Notes: a model not told the origin generated them from the letters alone. DNA of 64,000 bases from Methanomicrobia archaeon (GCA_015661395.1 JACWML010000003.1:3567-67566); one strand, 5' to 3'; shown: positions 49,391-60,599, numbered from the stretch's first letter. Numbers and translations: made by a program.

Positions 49391-49516
49391 CTTCACAATC
49401 AGTTAGTTAGCCGACCCGGGCTGATGTATGTTTCGTAGTTTTGGAATCAGAAAAAAAAGAAATAAAGGGGCGAGTCCAGCCGAGTGCTAGGCTCACCACA
49501 GATAGAGTTCAGGTTG

Positions 49517-50149
49517 TTACTTCTTGCGCCGCATCACCAAATACGCAACAGCCAACAGCCCTACTACCGCGGGGAAGATCTCAAAGCCCGGCAAGCCAAG
49601 GAACCCTCCGCTCGCTGTGGCTGACGCCGTCGTAGTCGTTGTGGACGGTGGTACCAATACGCTGTCGATGACGTCGATCACGCCGTTCGTTGCGTTAATG
49701 TTCTTAGTTACTATTGTTGCGTTGTAGCCGTTGCTGAACTGCACCTTTGTGCCGTTTACGGTATATGTGAGCGTGTTGCCTGCGAGCGTTGTGACTGTGC
49801 CGTTCTTCGTAAAGTTGGCTGTGCCGTTTATTACGTGGTTTCTTAGAATCTGTGTAAGCAACGGCGTGTCATTCTTCAAGTCGGCGATCGTCGTCGTCGT
49901 GTTGTTGAGCTTTGCGAAAGCAGCGTTGTCCGGTGCAAGAACAGTGTACTTTGCAGTCGTATTGTTCAGCATCTCTGTCAAGTTCGCCTGCTTAAGGAAA
50001 CTCACTAACGTTGACAAATCTGAGGTACTAGCTGCCGTTTGCGTAATCGTATTGGTTGGCGTTTGCGCGAAAGCTATACTCGACGCTCCGACAATAGAGA
50101 GAATCATTGCGGTTGCCACTATAGCAGAAAAAAGCTTCTTACTGACCAT
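49517..50149 (-). CDS. Fasciclin (FAS1) domain surface protein with PGF-CTERM anchor
   Basis: YTVLAPDNAAF, NHVING, NGVIDVIDSVL, LPGFE-TM-RRKK. Confidence 0.92.
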   Translation of the reverse strand: MVSKKLFSAIVATAMILSIVGASSIAFAQTPTNTITQTAASTSDLSTLVSFLKQANLTEMLNNTTAKYTVLAPDNAAFAKLNNTTTTIADLKNDTPLLTQILRNHVINGTANFTKNGTVTTLAGNTLTYTVNGTKVQFSNGYNATIVTKNINATNGVIDVIDSVLVPPSTTTTTASATASGGFLGLPGFEIFPAVVGLLAVAYLVMRRKK

Positions 50150-50194
50150 TTTTCACCTCCAAAATAGTTCGAATTCTTCTACGAGATTTGCTAT

Positions 50195-50211
50195 GCAATA
50201 AATTTTGCTTT
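50195..50211 (-). promoter_or_regulatory. Conserved BRE/TATA promoter motif AAAGCAAA(A/G)TTTATTGC of the PGF-CTERM genes
   Basis: Near-identical copies at 48754-48770, 49314-49329 and 50195-50211, each about 45-52 bp upstream of an ATG that is preceded by GAGGTGAAAA. Confidence 0.7.
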
Positions 50212-50557
50212 TTCACCTTGTCCGTCTCCCTTGTCTCAAGACGATCCAATTTGAGCCTCCAGTGACCTCGTGAGAATTCGGCCGGGGTTAGTAACTCAAA
50301 AATCGCTCGAGCGAGACGTCACTTTTTAAACAAGCTGAAGCAATAAAATCTTTTTGGTCTGACTTGTGGTGCGGCAAAAAAGATTATTGCACGCGCGAAT
50401 CGCGCTAATATTGCATCTTAGCTATTTTCCATTTCCGCCCCAAAGACGCTGTGCTGGCATAAGTTCAGTCAGAAATGCCGCGTAATACGTGACTGACAGC
50501 ACAAATAGCATATTGTTTTATATCTGCACTGAGCTAAAGAAGTGCGGAGAAGTTGAC

Positions 50558-50968
50558 ATGTCTTGGAAGGAAATAAGCCCGCTGAGCAATATCCGTAGCA
50601 AGATGGATGGGCTCTTGGAGGATGACCACGACGAGTATGTAGGACCAATGACCTCAACGCCGCCCGTCGACCTCATCGACCTCCCTGGGGAAATCGTTGT
50701 TTTGGTTGATCTTCCAGGAGTTAGCAAGGACGACGTCAGGCTTGAAGGCAGCAGCGACATGGTAGAAATCACGGCGGAACGAACTTCAAAATATGAAGAT
50801 GACGAACATCTCATAAAGGAACGCACGCCTCGCGAATATTACCGCTCCATCAAGCTCCCGACGACCATCGATGATGCTGCCGCTCGCGCAAGCTTCTTCA
50901 ATGGCGTGCTCGAAGTTCACCTGCCAAAGATTGGAATCGCTGACAAGAAGCTTATTTCTATCGAGTAA
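50558..50968 (+). CDS. Small heat shock protein Hsp20
   Basis: PPVDLID, VDLPGVSK, YYRSIKLP, ASFFNGVLEVHLPK. Confidence 0.92.
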   Translation: MSWKEISPLSNIRSKMDGLLEDDHDEYVGPMTSTPPVDLIDLPGEIVVLVDLPGVSKDDVRLEGSSDMVEITAERTSKYEDDEHLIKERTPREYYRSIKLPTTIDDAAARASFFNGVLEVHLPKIGIADKKLISIE

Positions 50969-50992
50969 GCCAGCTTATGGCTGAAGCGGATT

Positions 50993-51058
50993 GACGGCAT
51001 CAGACAGGTTCTCTCTTCATCTTGTGCTCAGTGGGGGTAACTCTCATCATGCGCCGTC
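50993..51058 (-). ncRNA. Box C/D guide sRNA
   Basis: GACGGCGC-ATGATGA (C)-GAGTTACCCCCA-CTGA (D')-GCAC-AAGATGA (C')-AGAGAGAACCTGT-CTGA (D)-TGCCGTC. Terminal stem present; TATA-like TTTATC about 27 bp upstream. Confidence 0.85.
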
Positions 51059-51126
51059 GCACCGAGATATGAGCTATTTAGACGATAAATATTCCTTCTG
51101 GGACTGGCGATGAGTGCAGGCCGCTT

Positions 51127-51891
51127 GTGATTCGCGTGAGAATTGAGGCATTTACGGTCGATAATGTTCCTCGTGTCAAAGATGGGGACGACATAACAGA
51201 TTTTTTGCAGAACGCTGACCTTTGCGACGGGGATGTCGTTGTCATTGCCTCCACGATAATCTCAAAGGCTGAGGGGCTGATGCAGCGTTTGGAAACTTTC
51301 TCCCCCAGTGAGCGGGCTCATCAAATCGCTGGAAGACTTCACGAGGATCCCCGCTTCATCGAAGCCGTGCTCGGCGAATCCACTGAGACGCTGATCGAGA
51401 ACCCGTTCTTTCTCGTTGTGAGCAAGTTTGGCCAGGTGTGTGTCAATGCTGGGTTGGATCGCTCAAACGTGGCCGAAGGTTTTGTTTTGCTCCTTCCACA
51501 CGACCCCTCTGAAAATGCACGTCAGCTACGCGATCGAATAAAAGAACGGTTTGGCAAAAACGTGGCTGTGATCATCACGGATACCTGCGGTAGGTCTTTT
51601 CGCGAAGGACAAACCGGCGTCGGCATAGGGTTTGCCGGAATTGCTGCGATGAAGGACTGGCGCGGCGTGAAAGACCTTGAGGGGAAAGTGCTAGAAATAA
51701 CCAACGAAGGTGTTGGTGACGAAATAGCTGGTCTGGCCAACCTCATGATGGGGGAGGCAGCAGGGGGTACTCCGATCGTTATCGTGCGGGGTATCAGCTA
51801 TGAGGATCGCGACTGTCCAGTATTTCGCTCTGAAGAAACGGATATAATAAGGCAAGCAATTCGGGATGCAAATAGGCAGAGCAAAGCGTAG
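51127..51891 (+). CDS. cofE: Coenzyme F420-0:L-glutamate ligase
   Basis: ASTIISKAEG, NAGLDRSN, DTCGRSFREGQTG, LMMGEA. Confidence 0.93.
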   Translation: MIRVRIEAFTVDNVPRVKDGDDITDFLQNADLCDGDVVVIASTIISKAEGLMQRLETFSPSERAHQIAGRLHEDPRFIEAVLGESTETLIENPFFLVVSKFGQVCVNAGLDRSNVAEGFVLLLPHDPSENARQLRDRIKERFGKNVAVIITDTCGRSFREGQTGVGIGFAGIAAMKDWRGVKDLEGKVLEITNEGVGDEIAGLANLMMGEAAGGTPIVIVRGISYEDRDCPVFRSEETDIIRQAIRDANRQSKA

Positions 51892-52007
51892 CCAGTGCAA
51901 CCAGCAGCACCGTCTCTCTGGGCTCGTCCAAAATAAGCCCAGGTGTAACCGCCGCTTGCACAAATTCAGCACTCAAAGTCCCGCAACTTACGGTCGGAGG
52001 ATGCAAA

Positions 52008-52511
52008 TTGGAATCCACTCAGCGGCCACAACGAGATAATCTAGTAGTACGAGAATCAACCTTAGACGATTTGCAATGCATTTTGGAGCTGTACGCCCAA
52101 CTCTTCTCAAACACGGATCAGGCTTCAGAGAACAGAAAAGAGCGGCTCTCCTCACATTATGAGGCATTTTCGGAGATCAAACGAAGCCCGGGCAGCTATG
52201 TGTTTGTGGCAGAATCAGCTCGGGCTATTGTCGGAACTATAGCGATCTCAATCATCCCTAACCTGTCACATTGTGGCAGGCCTTGGGCAGTTATTGAGAA
52301 CGTCGTGGTGGACGAACGAGCTCGAAAGTCGAGCATTGGTGCGGCATTGATGCAACACGCTATAGGCCTTGCGCGAGCTCGAGGATGTTTTCGCGTGATT
52401 CTCTCAAGCAGCGTGCACAGAGAGGGTAGCCATAAGTTTTACCAGAGACTCGGGTTAGAAGCTTTTGGCTACAGTTTCAACGTGCACTTTCCGCCAGCTG
52501 GAAAGGCGTAA
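52008..52511 (+). CDS. GNAT family N-acetyltransferase
   Basis: IENVVVDERARKSSIG, KFYQRLG. Confidence 0.88.
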   Translation: MESTQRPQRDNLVVRESTLDDLQCILELYAQLFSNTDQASENRKERLSSHYEAFSEIKRSPGSYVFVAESARAIVGTIAISIIPNLSHCGRPWAVIENVVVDERARKSSIGAALMQHAIGLARARGCFRVILSSSVHREGSHKFYQRLGLEAFGYSFNVHFPPAGKA

Positions 52512-52608
52512 GCATAGCCCTATATGGGTGTGCTACAGTCCCACTCCATTCAAGAGACGGTGATTTTGGTCTGCGCTCCAAAATACGTATTCTCGCGCAA
52601 AAACAGAG

Positions 52609-52680
52609 CGTCCCGGCCGGGATTTGAACCCGAGTCTTGAGCTCCGCAGGCTCATAGGATATCCACTACCCCACCAGGAC
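52609..52680 (-). tRNA. tRNA-Arg (anticodon GCG)
   Basis: GTCCTGG...TGAGC-CT-GCG-GA-GCTCA...GGTTCAAAT...CCGGGAC cloverleaf; no encoded CCA. Confidence 0.95.
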
Positions 52681-52718
52681 TCGCGTATCTCTATGTGCTT
52701 AAGGGTATAAATCGGTAT

Positions 52719-53858
52719 TCAATCTGAGCGGTGGGGCCCTTCAACGTATCTCGCTATGTCACTACCGACTTCTGATGTGGTCGAGGTGCCACCTAGGTCA
52801 AACGTTCGCACTTTGTGTTCGCGCAGGTTGCGTTGAATAGCGTTCATAACGCCGTTTGCAGCTTGTATTTCACCAAGACTCTCAAGGAGCATTGCCCCTG
52901 CCCAAATCGTAGCAATCGGGTTGACTTTGTTGAGACCCCTATATTTTGGCGCCGATCCGTGAATTGGTTCAAACATTGACGTTCCTTCAGGGTTTATGTT
53001 GCCGCCCGGAGCAAGCCCTAGTCCCCCTTGCACCATAGCCCCTAGGTCCGTTATGATATCGCCAAACAAGTTCGGAGCTACAACGACGTCAAACCATTCA
53101 GGATTCTTCACCAGCCACATCGTCATTGCGTCCACAAGGTTGAAATCGGTCTTAACTTCTGGATAACGCAAGGCCGTTTCGGTGAATATTTCACGCCAGA
53201 AGCCATAAATGTCCGTCATCGCATTCATCTTGTCGACGCTCGACAGGTGCTTCCCTCTTCGAGTGGCCAGCTCAAAAGCGTACCGCATAACGCGCTTGGT
53301 GCCCTCAGCTGATATTAGCCCCAGCTGATAGGCTATTTCGTCGCTATTAGAGTCGATGTCAAGGCCGAACTTTACGCTGTATAGGTTGCGGGTTACATCT
53401 GCATCGTGGTGGGTGCTGCCTTTCTTGGCACGGCCTCCCACTCCCACGTAGAGATCTTCAGAGTTCTCGCGCACTACCACATAATCAATATCGTCAGGGC
53501 CTTTGTCTCGAATTGGTGTCTCTACGCCTTCTAGCAGCCTAATAGGGCGGAGATTTATGTATTGATCGAAGTAGAACCTCAGTGCGAAGAGTATTCCGCG
53601 CTCGAGGACTCCAGGGGGGACGCGCGCGTCGCCGACCGAGCCGAGGTAGATAGCGCGATAGTCGCTCAGCTCTTTGAGTGCATCTTCTGACAAAAGCTCT
53701 CCTGTTGCGAGATAATGCTCTGCTCCGTACGGGTACTCTTTCCACTCGATATCGAACCCGTAGGTACGGCCGGCTGCTTCGAGAGTCTTTTTCCCTTCGG
53801 CGATGACCTCTGGTCCGACGCCGTCTCCAGCGATTACCGGGATTTTGTACGTCTTCAT
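52719..53858 (-). CDS. leuB: 3-isopropylmalate dehydrogenase
   Basis: [35 protein letters not shown]; downstream of leuCD. Confidence 0.88.
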   Translation of the reverse strand: MKTYKIPVIAGDGVGPEVIAEGKKTLEAAGRTYGFDIEWKEYPYGAEHYLATGELLSEDALKELSDYRAIYLGSVGDARVPPGVLERGILFALRFYFDQYINLRPIRLLEGVETPIRDKGPDDIDYVVVRENSEDLYVGVGGRAKKGSTHHDADVTRNLYSVKFGLDIDSNSDEIAYQLGLISAEGTKRVMRYAFELATRRGKHLSSVDKMNAMTDIYGFWREIFTETALRYPEVKTDFNLVDAMTMWLVKNPEWFDVVVAPNLFGDIITDLGAMVQGGLGLAPGGNINPEGTSMFEPIHGSAPKYRGLNKVNPIATIWAGAMLLESLGEIQAANGVMNAIQRNLREHKVRTFDLGGTSTTSEVGSDIARYVEGPHRSD

Positions 53859-53898
53859 TTTGGCTTCACCATAAGTGTTCAAGAAGCAGTGGAACCGG

Positions 53899-54441
53899 TC
53901 ACCACGACAAATCCGTCTCAGTTTCGCGGCGCTCACGCTTTTCAAGCTGCGTGCCGCTTTTTACGTATTCGACGAGTCCGCCGGCTTCTATGATATTCTT
54001 TATAAACGGCGGAAAAGGCGTTATCGCATATTCCTTTTTATTAGTCTCATCGTAGATGCTGCCCTTTTCCAAATCGACGTGCAGAATATCTCCGTCCTCG
54101 ATTTCGGTTGTGTCGCATTCGACGACAGGCAGCCCGATGTTTATGGCATTTCGAAAAAAGATCCGTGCGAACGAACGTGCAATCACGATGCTGACCTTAT
54201 CTCGTAAAGCCAAAGGCGCGTGCTCTCTTGAGGAACCGCAGCCGAAGTTCTCCCCAGCGACGACGATGTCGCCTTTGATGACTTGGTGAGCAAAGTTGGG
54301 GCGGACGTTTTCGAACGCGTGCTTTGCGAGATCTTGTGACGAGTTGAGCACGAGATACTTGCCCGGAATGATGGCATCTGTGTCAATGTTATCGCCAAAC
54401 TTCCAAGCTGTACCCGTAATGCCCCCTTTGGGTCCTACCAT
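53899..54441 (-). CDS. leuD: 3-isopropylmalate dehydratase small subunit
   Basis: [16 protein letters not shown] (YLV-type rather than YLRT), [11 protein letters not shown]. Confidence 0.88.
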   Translation of the reverse strand: MVGPKGGITGTAWKFGDNIDTDAIIPGKYLVLNSSQDLAKHAFENVRPNFAHQVIKGDIVVAGENFGCGSSREHAPLALRDKVSIVIARSFARIFFRNAINIGLPVVECDTTEIEDGDILHVDLEKGSIYDETNKKEYAITPFPPFIKNIIEAGGLVEYVKSGTQLEKRERRETETDLSW

Positions 54442-54450
54442 GTTCCGCTC

Positions 54451-55695
54451 CTAATGCGACCTCGGATCGGTTATTTCGCCGCCGATCGCGGACGCTGCAG
54501 CTGTCGCCGGTGAACAGAGGTACACTGAAGCCCCCGGGCTTCCCTGTCTTCCCACGAAGTTTCTGTTTGAAGTGCTTAGACCCACCTCGCCGGGACCCAG
54601 TAACCCAAATGACCCACCCATACACGGTCCGCAACACGGGGCCTCTACGAGCGCGCCGCTGTCGGTAAAGATATCCATAAGGCCCGTTTTAAGCGCTTTC
54701 TGGTACTCGGTTCTTGAAGCCGGAATGATGATCATCCGGACTCCGCGTGCCACTGTCTCGCCTTCCAGCAACTCCGCAGCTGCTTTTAGATCTTCATAGC
54801 GACCGTTTGTGCACGAGCCAATAAAGACCTGGTCTACATGCTGCCCTTCGACGTCCGTGACAGGAACTACGTTGTCGACTTGGTGGGGCTTTGCGACCAT
54901 CGGCACCATCTCAGTCGCAGCATAGCGTCGCACAACTTTTGTCGCATCATCGTCTGAGCGCAAGGCAAAGTCTCCGCCGATTGCTCGTTCTTCTAAGAAC
55001 GTGGCTGTCGTTTCGTCGGGGGCGATTATCCCCGTTTTTCCCCCCATCTCGATTGCCATGTTGCACACAGTCATCCTATTCGCGATGTCCATGTGCTTGA
55101 CAGTGTCACCACGGAACTCACACGCTTGGTAGGTGGCGCCGTTTATGCCGATGTCGCCAACGATAGTGAGTATCAGATCTTTGGCATACACACGCCGTCC
55201 AAGTCTTCCATTAATATCGAATGTGAGGGTCTCTGGCACTTTGAACCAGAGCTTTCCCGAAGCAAGGGCCACCCCCATGTCGGTTGAGCCAACACCTGTC
55301 GCAAACGCTCCTAAGGCCCCGTACGTGCAGGTATGTGAGTCAGCGCCGATGACGAGTTCCCCCGGAAGCACGTGCCCCTTTTCGACCATGACCTGGTGGC
55401 ACACCCCCTCTTGCACATCATAGTTGAGGATCCCCTGTCTTTTTGCAAACTTCCGAAGCTCCAAGTGGTTGACTGCAGCGTCGATCGAGTCAGCAGGTAC
55501 CTGGTGGTCAAAAAGCATGATTACTTTGGTGGGGTCCCATACCCGGTCGGTTATTTCGTAGAGGGTTTTTACTGCAAGAGGTCCCGTAATATCGTGAATC
55601 ATAGCGACATCTATTGCAGCTTCGACAAAGTCACCCGCTTTCACGGCTCTTCCCACAGATTTTGAGAATATCTTCTCGGAAATGGTCTGCCCCAT
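54451..55695 (-). CDS. leuC: 3-isopropylmalate dehydratase large subunit
   Basis: [33 protein letters not shown]. Confidence 0.9.
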   Translation of the reverse strand: MGQTISEKIFSKSVGRAVKAGDFVEAAIDVAMIHDITGPLAVKTLYEITDRVWDPTKVIMLFDHQVPADSIDAAVNHLELRKFAKRQGILNYDVQEGVCHQVMVEKGHVLPGELVIGADSHTCTYGALGAFATGVGSTDMGVALASGKLWFKVPETLTFDINGRLGRRVYAKDLILTIVGDIGINGATYQACEFRGDTVKHMDIANRMTVCNMAIEMGGKTGIIAPDETTATFLEERAIGGDFALRSDDDATKVVRRYAATEMVPMVAKPHQVDNVVPVTDVEGQHVDQVFIGSCTNGRYEDLKAAAELLEGETVARGVRMIIIPASRTEYQKALKTGLMDIFTDSGALVEAPCCGPCMGGSFGLLGPGEVGLSTSNRNFVGRQGSPGASVYLCSPATAAASAIGGEITDPRSH

Positions 55696-55936
55696 GCTCG
55701 ATTTGCCCCTCATGCAAAAAACAACGCGTAGGCCGCTCTCATAACACGCGAAGAAAGTATAAAAATATTTCATCGCGGAAAAAGGCTGCGCGCACGGTAA
55801 CCGTGCGGCTATGATGTCCCGTTTTCTCAAGGGGCTTCTTTCCCCTCACTGTCTTGCTGGGGCGTCCTATGTGTCTGTATCTCGTTTGACAAAGTTATTA
55901 AGATAGGGGCGTGTACTACGGTAAGTGCAAGGAAAT

Positions 55937-57349
55937 ATGGACGCCCTCTCCGACGACCTGGCGAGCATCTACGAGCGCCTGACCACTACAATCTCAAAAG
56001 AGGAGTTCGCGGCTAGAGTGCGGCAGAAGGTGGAGGACATGTCGGGCTTGTGTGACGAGAAGACGGCGGCCCTGCTCGTCGCCCACGAGCTCGGTATCGA
56101 CACGGTCGTGCAAATCGCACAAATTGATGCACAAACGAGAACTGTCGCATTTGTTGGCAAGCTCACGCGTGTCTCTCCGACACGAGAGTTCTCCCGCGAC
56201 GGCGATGTAGGATACGTTGCCAATCTCGTCGTGTCGGATGCAACGGGTTCAATTCGCGTAGTTTTGTGGAATGACCTCGCACAACACGTCGAAGAGCTTC
56301 AAGTTGGGCAGACTCTGAAGATTGCGGGAGTCGCGAGGGACGGGCCATATGGCATAGAAGTAAATGCACGAGAAATTGAGGTCGATGAATCGGTCGCTAA
56401 AACCGAAATGGAGCCTCCTAAGGGGACTGAGAGTATCGCCGACCTCATCGCAGGGCTAAACGGGGTTGACGTGAGAGGGGTTATGCTCGAGGTTGACGCG
56501 GTGCGTACTTTTTCTAAGCGCGATGGTTCCGTTGGAAAGGTCACTAACGTGACGATAGGCGACGAAACGGGAAGGGTGCGCGTGACGCTTTGGGACGACA
56601 TTGCTGAGAATGTGGCTGATTTTGTTTCGGGAGACGTGCTCGACATCAAGAACGGGTATACCCGCGAGAGGTACGGACGGCTCGAAGTGCATGTAGGCAA
56701 TCGGGGATCGCTCCAAAAAGGGACAGGGCATATTGAGTTCGTTGAGAAGATCATCTCTATTCGGGACGTCCAGGTGGAAATTCCATGTACCGTCGCAGGA
56801 ATCATCGAAGAGGTTGGCGCGCTCCGCGAATTCACTAGAAATAACGGCAGCGCAGGAAAAGTCAGAAACGTACTGGTGAGCGACGATACGGGTAAAATAC
56901 GAGTCGCACTTTGGGGCGACAAAGCGCTAGCGCTCTCTGAAGAGGATACACAAAGCCAGATCACACTGCGCGATTGCATGCCGAAAAATGGGCTCAACAA
57001 TCAGCTCGAACTGAGTGTAGACTGGAGAAGCGGCCTTTGCTTAGCAGATAAGAGCGGACGCGCCCAAAAAGAGCACGCGGCCCTGAAAGAAAGTGCTGAT
57101 GCTGGCATTACCGGGACAGTAGTATCATCGGCTCTGGCCGTGTGTGTCGACAACGGGGTCGACTACGTGACTTTTGACAAAGCATTCGACAATCTGGAGC
57201 TCGCCGTCGGGGATGAGGTTATAGTTGTCGGTATCAAAACGAACGACAAGTTTGAGGCGAAAAGCATATCAAAACCGCCCCAGGACGTGGCTTTGCGAAA
57301 GCTCGAGACAATCAAGCGAAGGCTCAAAGCGCTTCAATCATTCATTTGA
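55937..57349 (+). CDS. rpa: Replication protein A (multi-OB-fold ssDNA-binding protein)
   Basis: Repeated D(A/E/D)TG..R..LW OB folds; upstream of radA. Confidence 0.88.
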   Translation: MDALSDDLASIYERLTTTISKEEFAARVRQKVEDMSGLCDEKTAALLVAHELGIDTVVQIAQIDAQTRTVAFVGKLTRVSPTREFSRDGDVGYVANLVVSDATGSIRVVLWNDLAQHVEELQVGQTLKIAGVARDGPYGIEVNAREIEVDESVAKTEMEPPKGTESIADLIAGLNGVDVRGVMLEVDAVRTFSKRDGSVGKVTNVTIGDETGRVRVTLWDDIAENVADFVSGDVLDIKNGYTRERYGRLEVHVGNRGSLQKGTGHIEFVEKIISIRDVQVEIPCTVAGIIEEVGALREFTRNNGSAGKVRNVLVSDDTGKIRVALWGDKALALSEEDTQSQITLRDCMPKNGLNNQLELSVDWRSGLCLADKSGRAQKEHAALKESADAGITGTVVSSALAVCVDNGVDYVTFDKAFDNLELAVGDEVIVVGIKTNDKFEAKSISKPPQDVALRKLETIKRRLKALQSFI

Positions 57350-57460
57350 TGGGCGGAAATGCGACAACACTTTCGCTCTGCACTCAAAAGTCTTTAGAAG
57401 GGAACAAGTGATTAGCGTACAGACTCTTCAAGGGTTGCGAAAAAAGGGGGGGTTGAGTAG

Positions 57461-58435
57461 ATGGAAGAGGTAGAAGAAATTGATGGTTTTGGCATAGAAG
57501 ACCTGCCAGGCGTAGGCCCTGCTACCGCAGAAAAGTTGAAGGAAGCTGGTTTTAACTCAGTGGAAGCAGTTGCCGTAGCATCCCCTTCGGAGTTATCAAA
57601 TGCGGCGGATCTCGGTGAGGCTACCGCCTCCAAGATCATAATAGCGGCGCGCCAAGCTGCAGACATTGGCGGTTTTGAGACAGGCGACGTCATTCTTGAA
57701 AGAAGGCGACACGTAGGTAAACTTACGACCGGGAGCAAGGCTTTTGACGAGTTGCTTGGCGGGGGTGTGGAGACCCAAGCAATTACCGAGCTTTACGGAG
57801 AATTCGGCTCAGGAAAGACGCAAGTTGCACATCAGCTTGCGGTGAACGTTCAGCTCGCGCGTGAAAGCGGCGGCCTTGACGGATCGTGCATACTAATTGA
57901 CACCGAGAATACCTTTCGACCGGAGCGCATCAGCCAGATCACGGCAGGTCTCGGTCTCGATCACGAAGGCGTACTGAGAAACATCCACGTCGCGCGAGCC
58001 CACAATTCCAATCACCAAATACTGCTCGTCGAAGCGGCAAGCGAGCTATCGGAACAACTTAAGGCGACTGAGCGTCCCGTAAGACTTCTTATCGTAGACT
58101 CGCTAACTGCCCATTTTAGAGCTGAATATGTTGGTAGAGGTACGCTTGCAGACAGGCAGCAAAAGCTGAACAAGCATCTGCACGACCTTATGCGGTTTGG
58201 AACGTTGAATAATGCAGTCGTACTCGTCACTAATCAAGTTCAGGCAAAACCTGACGCCTTTTTCGGCGATCCAACCAGACCGATCGGTGGCCACATATTG
58301 GGGCACACTGCGACTTTCAGGCTGTATTTGAGAAAATCGAAAGGAGGCAAACGCATAGCACGCCTTGTAGACTCTCCGAACCTTCCTGAAGGTGAGGCGA
58401 TATTTTCGGTGGAGTCTGAAGGAATACGCGACTAA
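57461..58435 (+). CDS. radA: DNA repair and recombination protein RadA
   Basis: Hh[26 protein letters not shown]; no intein. Confidence 0.97.
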   Translation: MEEVEEIDGFGIEDLPGVGPATAEKLKEAGFNSVEAVAVASPSELSNAADLGEATASKIIIAARQAADIGGFETGDVILERRRHVGKLTTGSKAFDELLGGGVETQAITELYGEFGSGKTQVAHQLAVNVQLARESGGLDGSCILIDTENTFRPERISQITAGLGLDHEGVLRNIHVARAHNSNHQILLVEAASELSEQLKATERPVRLLIVDSLTAHFRAEYVGRGTLADRQQKLNKHLHDLMRFGTLNNAVVLVTNQVQAKPDAFFGDPTRPIGGHILGHTATFRLYLRKSKGGKRIARLVDSPNLPEGEAIFSVESEGIRD

Positions 58436-58478
58436 ACGAGCATAGGCTCAAGCGTTTCGCTGTTGTCCTAAGCCACCG

Positions 58479-59171
58479 TTGACCGTGACCTTGATCAAAG
58501 CTGTGGCGTTTGATATCGACGGCACTTTAACCTTTCGCGACCGCTCATTGGAGCTGGCCGCGGTTGAATCCATTCGACAGCTAACCGTCCCTGTTGTTTT
58601 AGCAACGGGCAACATTTTGTGTTTTGCTGCTGCGCTAGCGGTCACAATCGGCAACATCTCGGCCGTGATAGCTGAAAACGGAGGGATCGTTACTGACGGC
58701 AAATCAAAGATTGTCAGCGGTAATATTGACGCATGTCGCCGTGCAGCCCGAGAAATCGAAGGCAGCGGTGTGCTGGCGCTTAAAAGGATCAACTCTGGAG
58801 AACGCGTCACCGAGATTGCCTACAGCAGGGACACCTTGTCGGTCTCAAACATAGAATTGTTTCGCAAGCTAGTCGCACGGTGCTGTGACGACGTTACCGT
58901 CGTTGATTCGGGGTTCGCCCTCCACATCAAGGACGCGCACGTCAACAAGGGCGTCGGCTTGGCTAAAGTCGCGGAGTTATTTAACATTCCCCTCAACAAA
59001 TTTGCAGCATTCGGTGATGGAGAAAATGACGTAAAAATGTTAGAAATGGCTGGTACGGGAATTGCCGTCGGCAACGCAGATCCTAAGGCACAAGCTGCCG
59101 CAAGTTACGTCACCAAGCAACCGTACGGCTTAGGCGTCGTTGAAGGGCTTCGATACCTCAAGTTGCTGTAA
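58479..59171 (+). CDS. Phosphoglycolate phosphatase (HAD IIB)
   Basis: FDIDGTLT, ATGN, ENGG, NKG, GDGENDV. Confidence 0.88.
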   Translation: MTVTLIKAVAFDIDGTLTFRDRSLELAAVESIRQLTVPVVLATGNILCFAAALAVTIGNISAVIAENGGIVTDGKSKIVSGNIDACRRAAREIEGSGVLALKRINSGERVTEIAYSRDTLSVSNIELFRKLVARCCDDVTVVDSGFALHIKDAHVNKGVGLAKVAELFNIPLNKFAAFGDGENDVKMLEMAGTGIAVGNADPKAQAAASYVTKQPYGLGVVEGLRYLKLL

Positions 59172-59324
59172 CTGCCCTGGCAGCCTGCGAACGCCTGCGA
59201 GGTTCCGTGCTTACGTTAATCCACTTACTATGAACACGGACCCCGTCATACTTTGTCTCGTAAACCCACCCCTCATGACAGTTGTAAAAATGGCAATCAG
59301 AGACTTGCAGCAATCAGCTTGTCA

Positions 59325-60599
59325 TCAAAGTTCAAAGTACTGCTTGACGATTTTATAGGCGCAGAACTCGCCACACATAGTGCAGGTGTTTGCGTCTGAG
59401 GGCGCTCGCTCTCTCCGTATCTGCGCTGCCGTCTGTGGATCTAAAGCAACCTTAAACTGTTTTGCCCAATCGAGTTCGTTGCGCGCTTCTCCCATCTTGA
59501 GGTCGTCATCCCGGTCGCCAAGCTTAATCATGTCTCCAACGTGAGCCGCAATGCGAGCAGACACTACCCCGAGGCGCACGTCTTCCGGATATGGCAGAGC
59601 AAGGTGCTCTGCGGGAGTGACATAGCAGATGAAATCAGCGCCATATGAAGACGAAAGAGCGGCGCCAATCGCCGCCACGATATGATCATAGCCCGGTGCG
59701 ACGTCCGTCACGAGAGGTCCGAGCATGTAGAATGGCTTCTCGCCCGTTAAGCGCTTCTGCAACACAACGTTGGCTTGAATCTCGTCGACCGGTATGTGTC
59801 CTGGTCCTTCGACTATCGTTTGTACGCCAAAGTCGTGTGCTTTGTCAGAGAGCTCGGCATTTATGATTAGCTCTTGAATCTGTGCCCTATCAGTAGAATC
59901 GTGCACAGCGCCCGCGCGCATGCCGTTTCCCATGCTGAGAGTGACCTCGTGTCGCTTGAGGATTTCCAGGAGGTAATCAAATTCGCTAAACAACGGGTTT
60001 TCTTTCTCGTTGTGCGCCATCCAGGCCGACATAAAGGCCCCACCTCTTGAGCAGAGGCCAGCGTGCCGCCCCTGAGCCTTGAGCCTTTGGAGTGTAGCCC
60101 AATTTATCCCCGTGTGAATTGCCATAAAGTTGGTGCCGAGTTTTGCTTGTTCTTCGGTAACTCTAAAGAGGTCATCCTCTCGCATATCAACGATTGAGCC
60201 GGAATCCCGTGCTGCTTCAATAAACGCTTGATAAAGTGGTACGCTTCCGACCGAGAGGGAAGTTGCTTGGATAACCTTGCGTCTGATTTCATAGAAGTCG
60301 CCAGCGGTCGAAAGCTCCATTATGGAATCGGCGCCAGCAGCTTCAGCGACTTTTGTCTTTGCGACTTCGAGATCGACATCAGCTATGTCTGACGACGTCC
60401 CCACAGAAGCATTAACCTTCGTTTTAAGCCCCTTGCCAATACCGATTGGCTTAGTGTCCCGATATGGGCTTACTGGAAGTACGATCCGTCCATTCGCAAT
60501 TCCGCGACAGATAAACTCTGGCGTTACTCCTTCAGCGGAGGCGACAACCTTCATCTCGTTAGTGATGATTCCTTGCTTTGCGTGATCAATTATCGTCAT
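59325..60599 (-). CDS. thiC: Phosphomethylpyrimidine synthase
   Basis: KVNASVGTS, SRGG, EGPGH, YVTPAEHL, CTMCGEFC. Confidence 0.92.
   Translation of the reverse strand: MTIIDHAKQGIITNEMKVVASAEGVTPEFICRGIANGRIVLPVSPYRDTKPIGIGKGLKTKVNASVGTSSDIADVDLEVAKTKVAEAAGADSIMELSTAGDFYEIRRKVIQATSLSVGSVPLYQAFIEAARDSGSIVDMREDDLFRVTEEQAKLGTNFMAIHTGINWATLQRLKAQGRHAGLCSRGGAFMSAWMAHNEKENPLFSEFDYLLEILKRHEVTLSMGNGMRAGAVHDSTDRAQIQELIINAELSDKAHDFGVQTIVEGPGHIPVDEIQANVVLQKRLTGEKPFYMLGPLVTDVAPGYDHIVAAIGAALSSSYGADFICYVTPAEHLALPYPEDVRLGVVSARIAAHVGDMIKLGDRDDDLKMGEARNELDWAKQFKVALDPQTAAQIRRERAPSDANTCTMCGEFCAYKIVKQYFEL

Noticed and set aside
50340-50390. Inverted repeat GCAATAAAATCTTTTT / AAAAAAGATTATTGC upstream of hsp20
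   Set aside because: Adequately explained as back-to-back BRE/TATA-like elements; no specific operator could be supported.
51107-51156. GGCGATGAGTGC...TGAGGCATTTAC resembling a fluoride riboswitch or a second C/D RNA
   Set aside because: P1 is mismatched, the central conserved core is missing, the 3' half lies within cofE coding sequence, and there is no proper D box.
57461-58435. Inteins in radA, cdc48 or hel308; programmed frameshift in larC
   Set aside because: All are of normal length with continuous frames.
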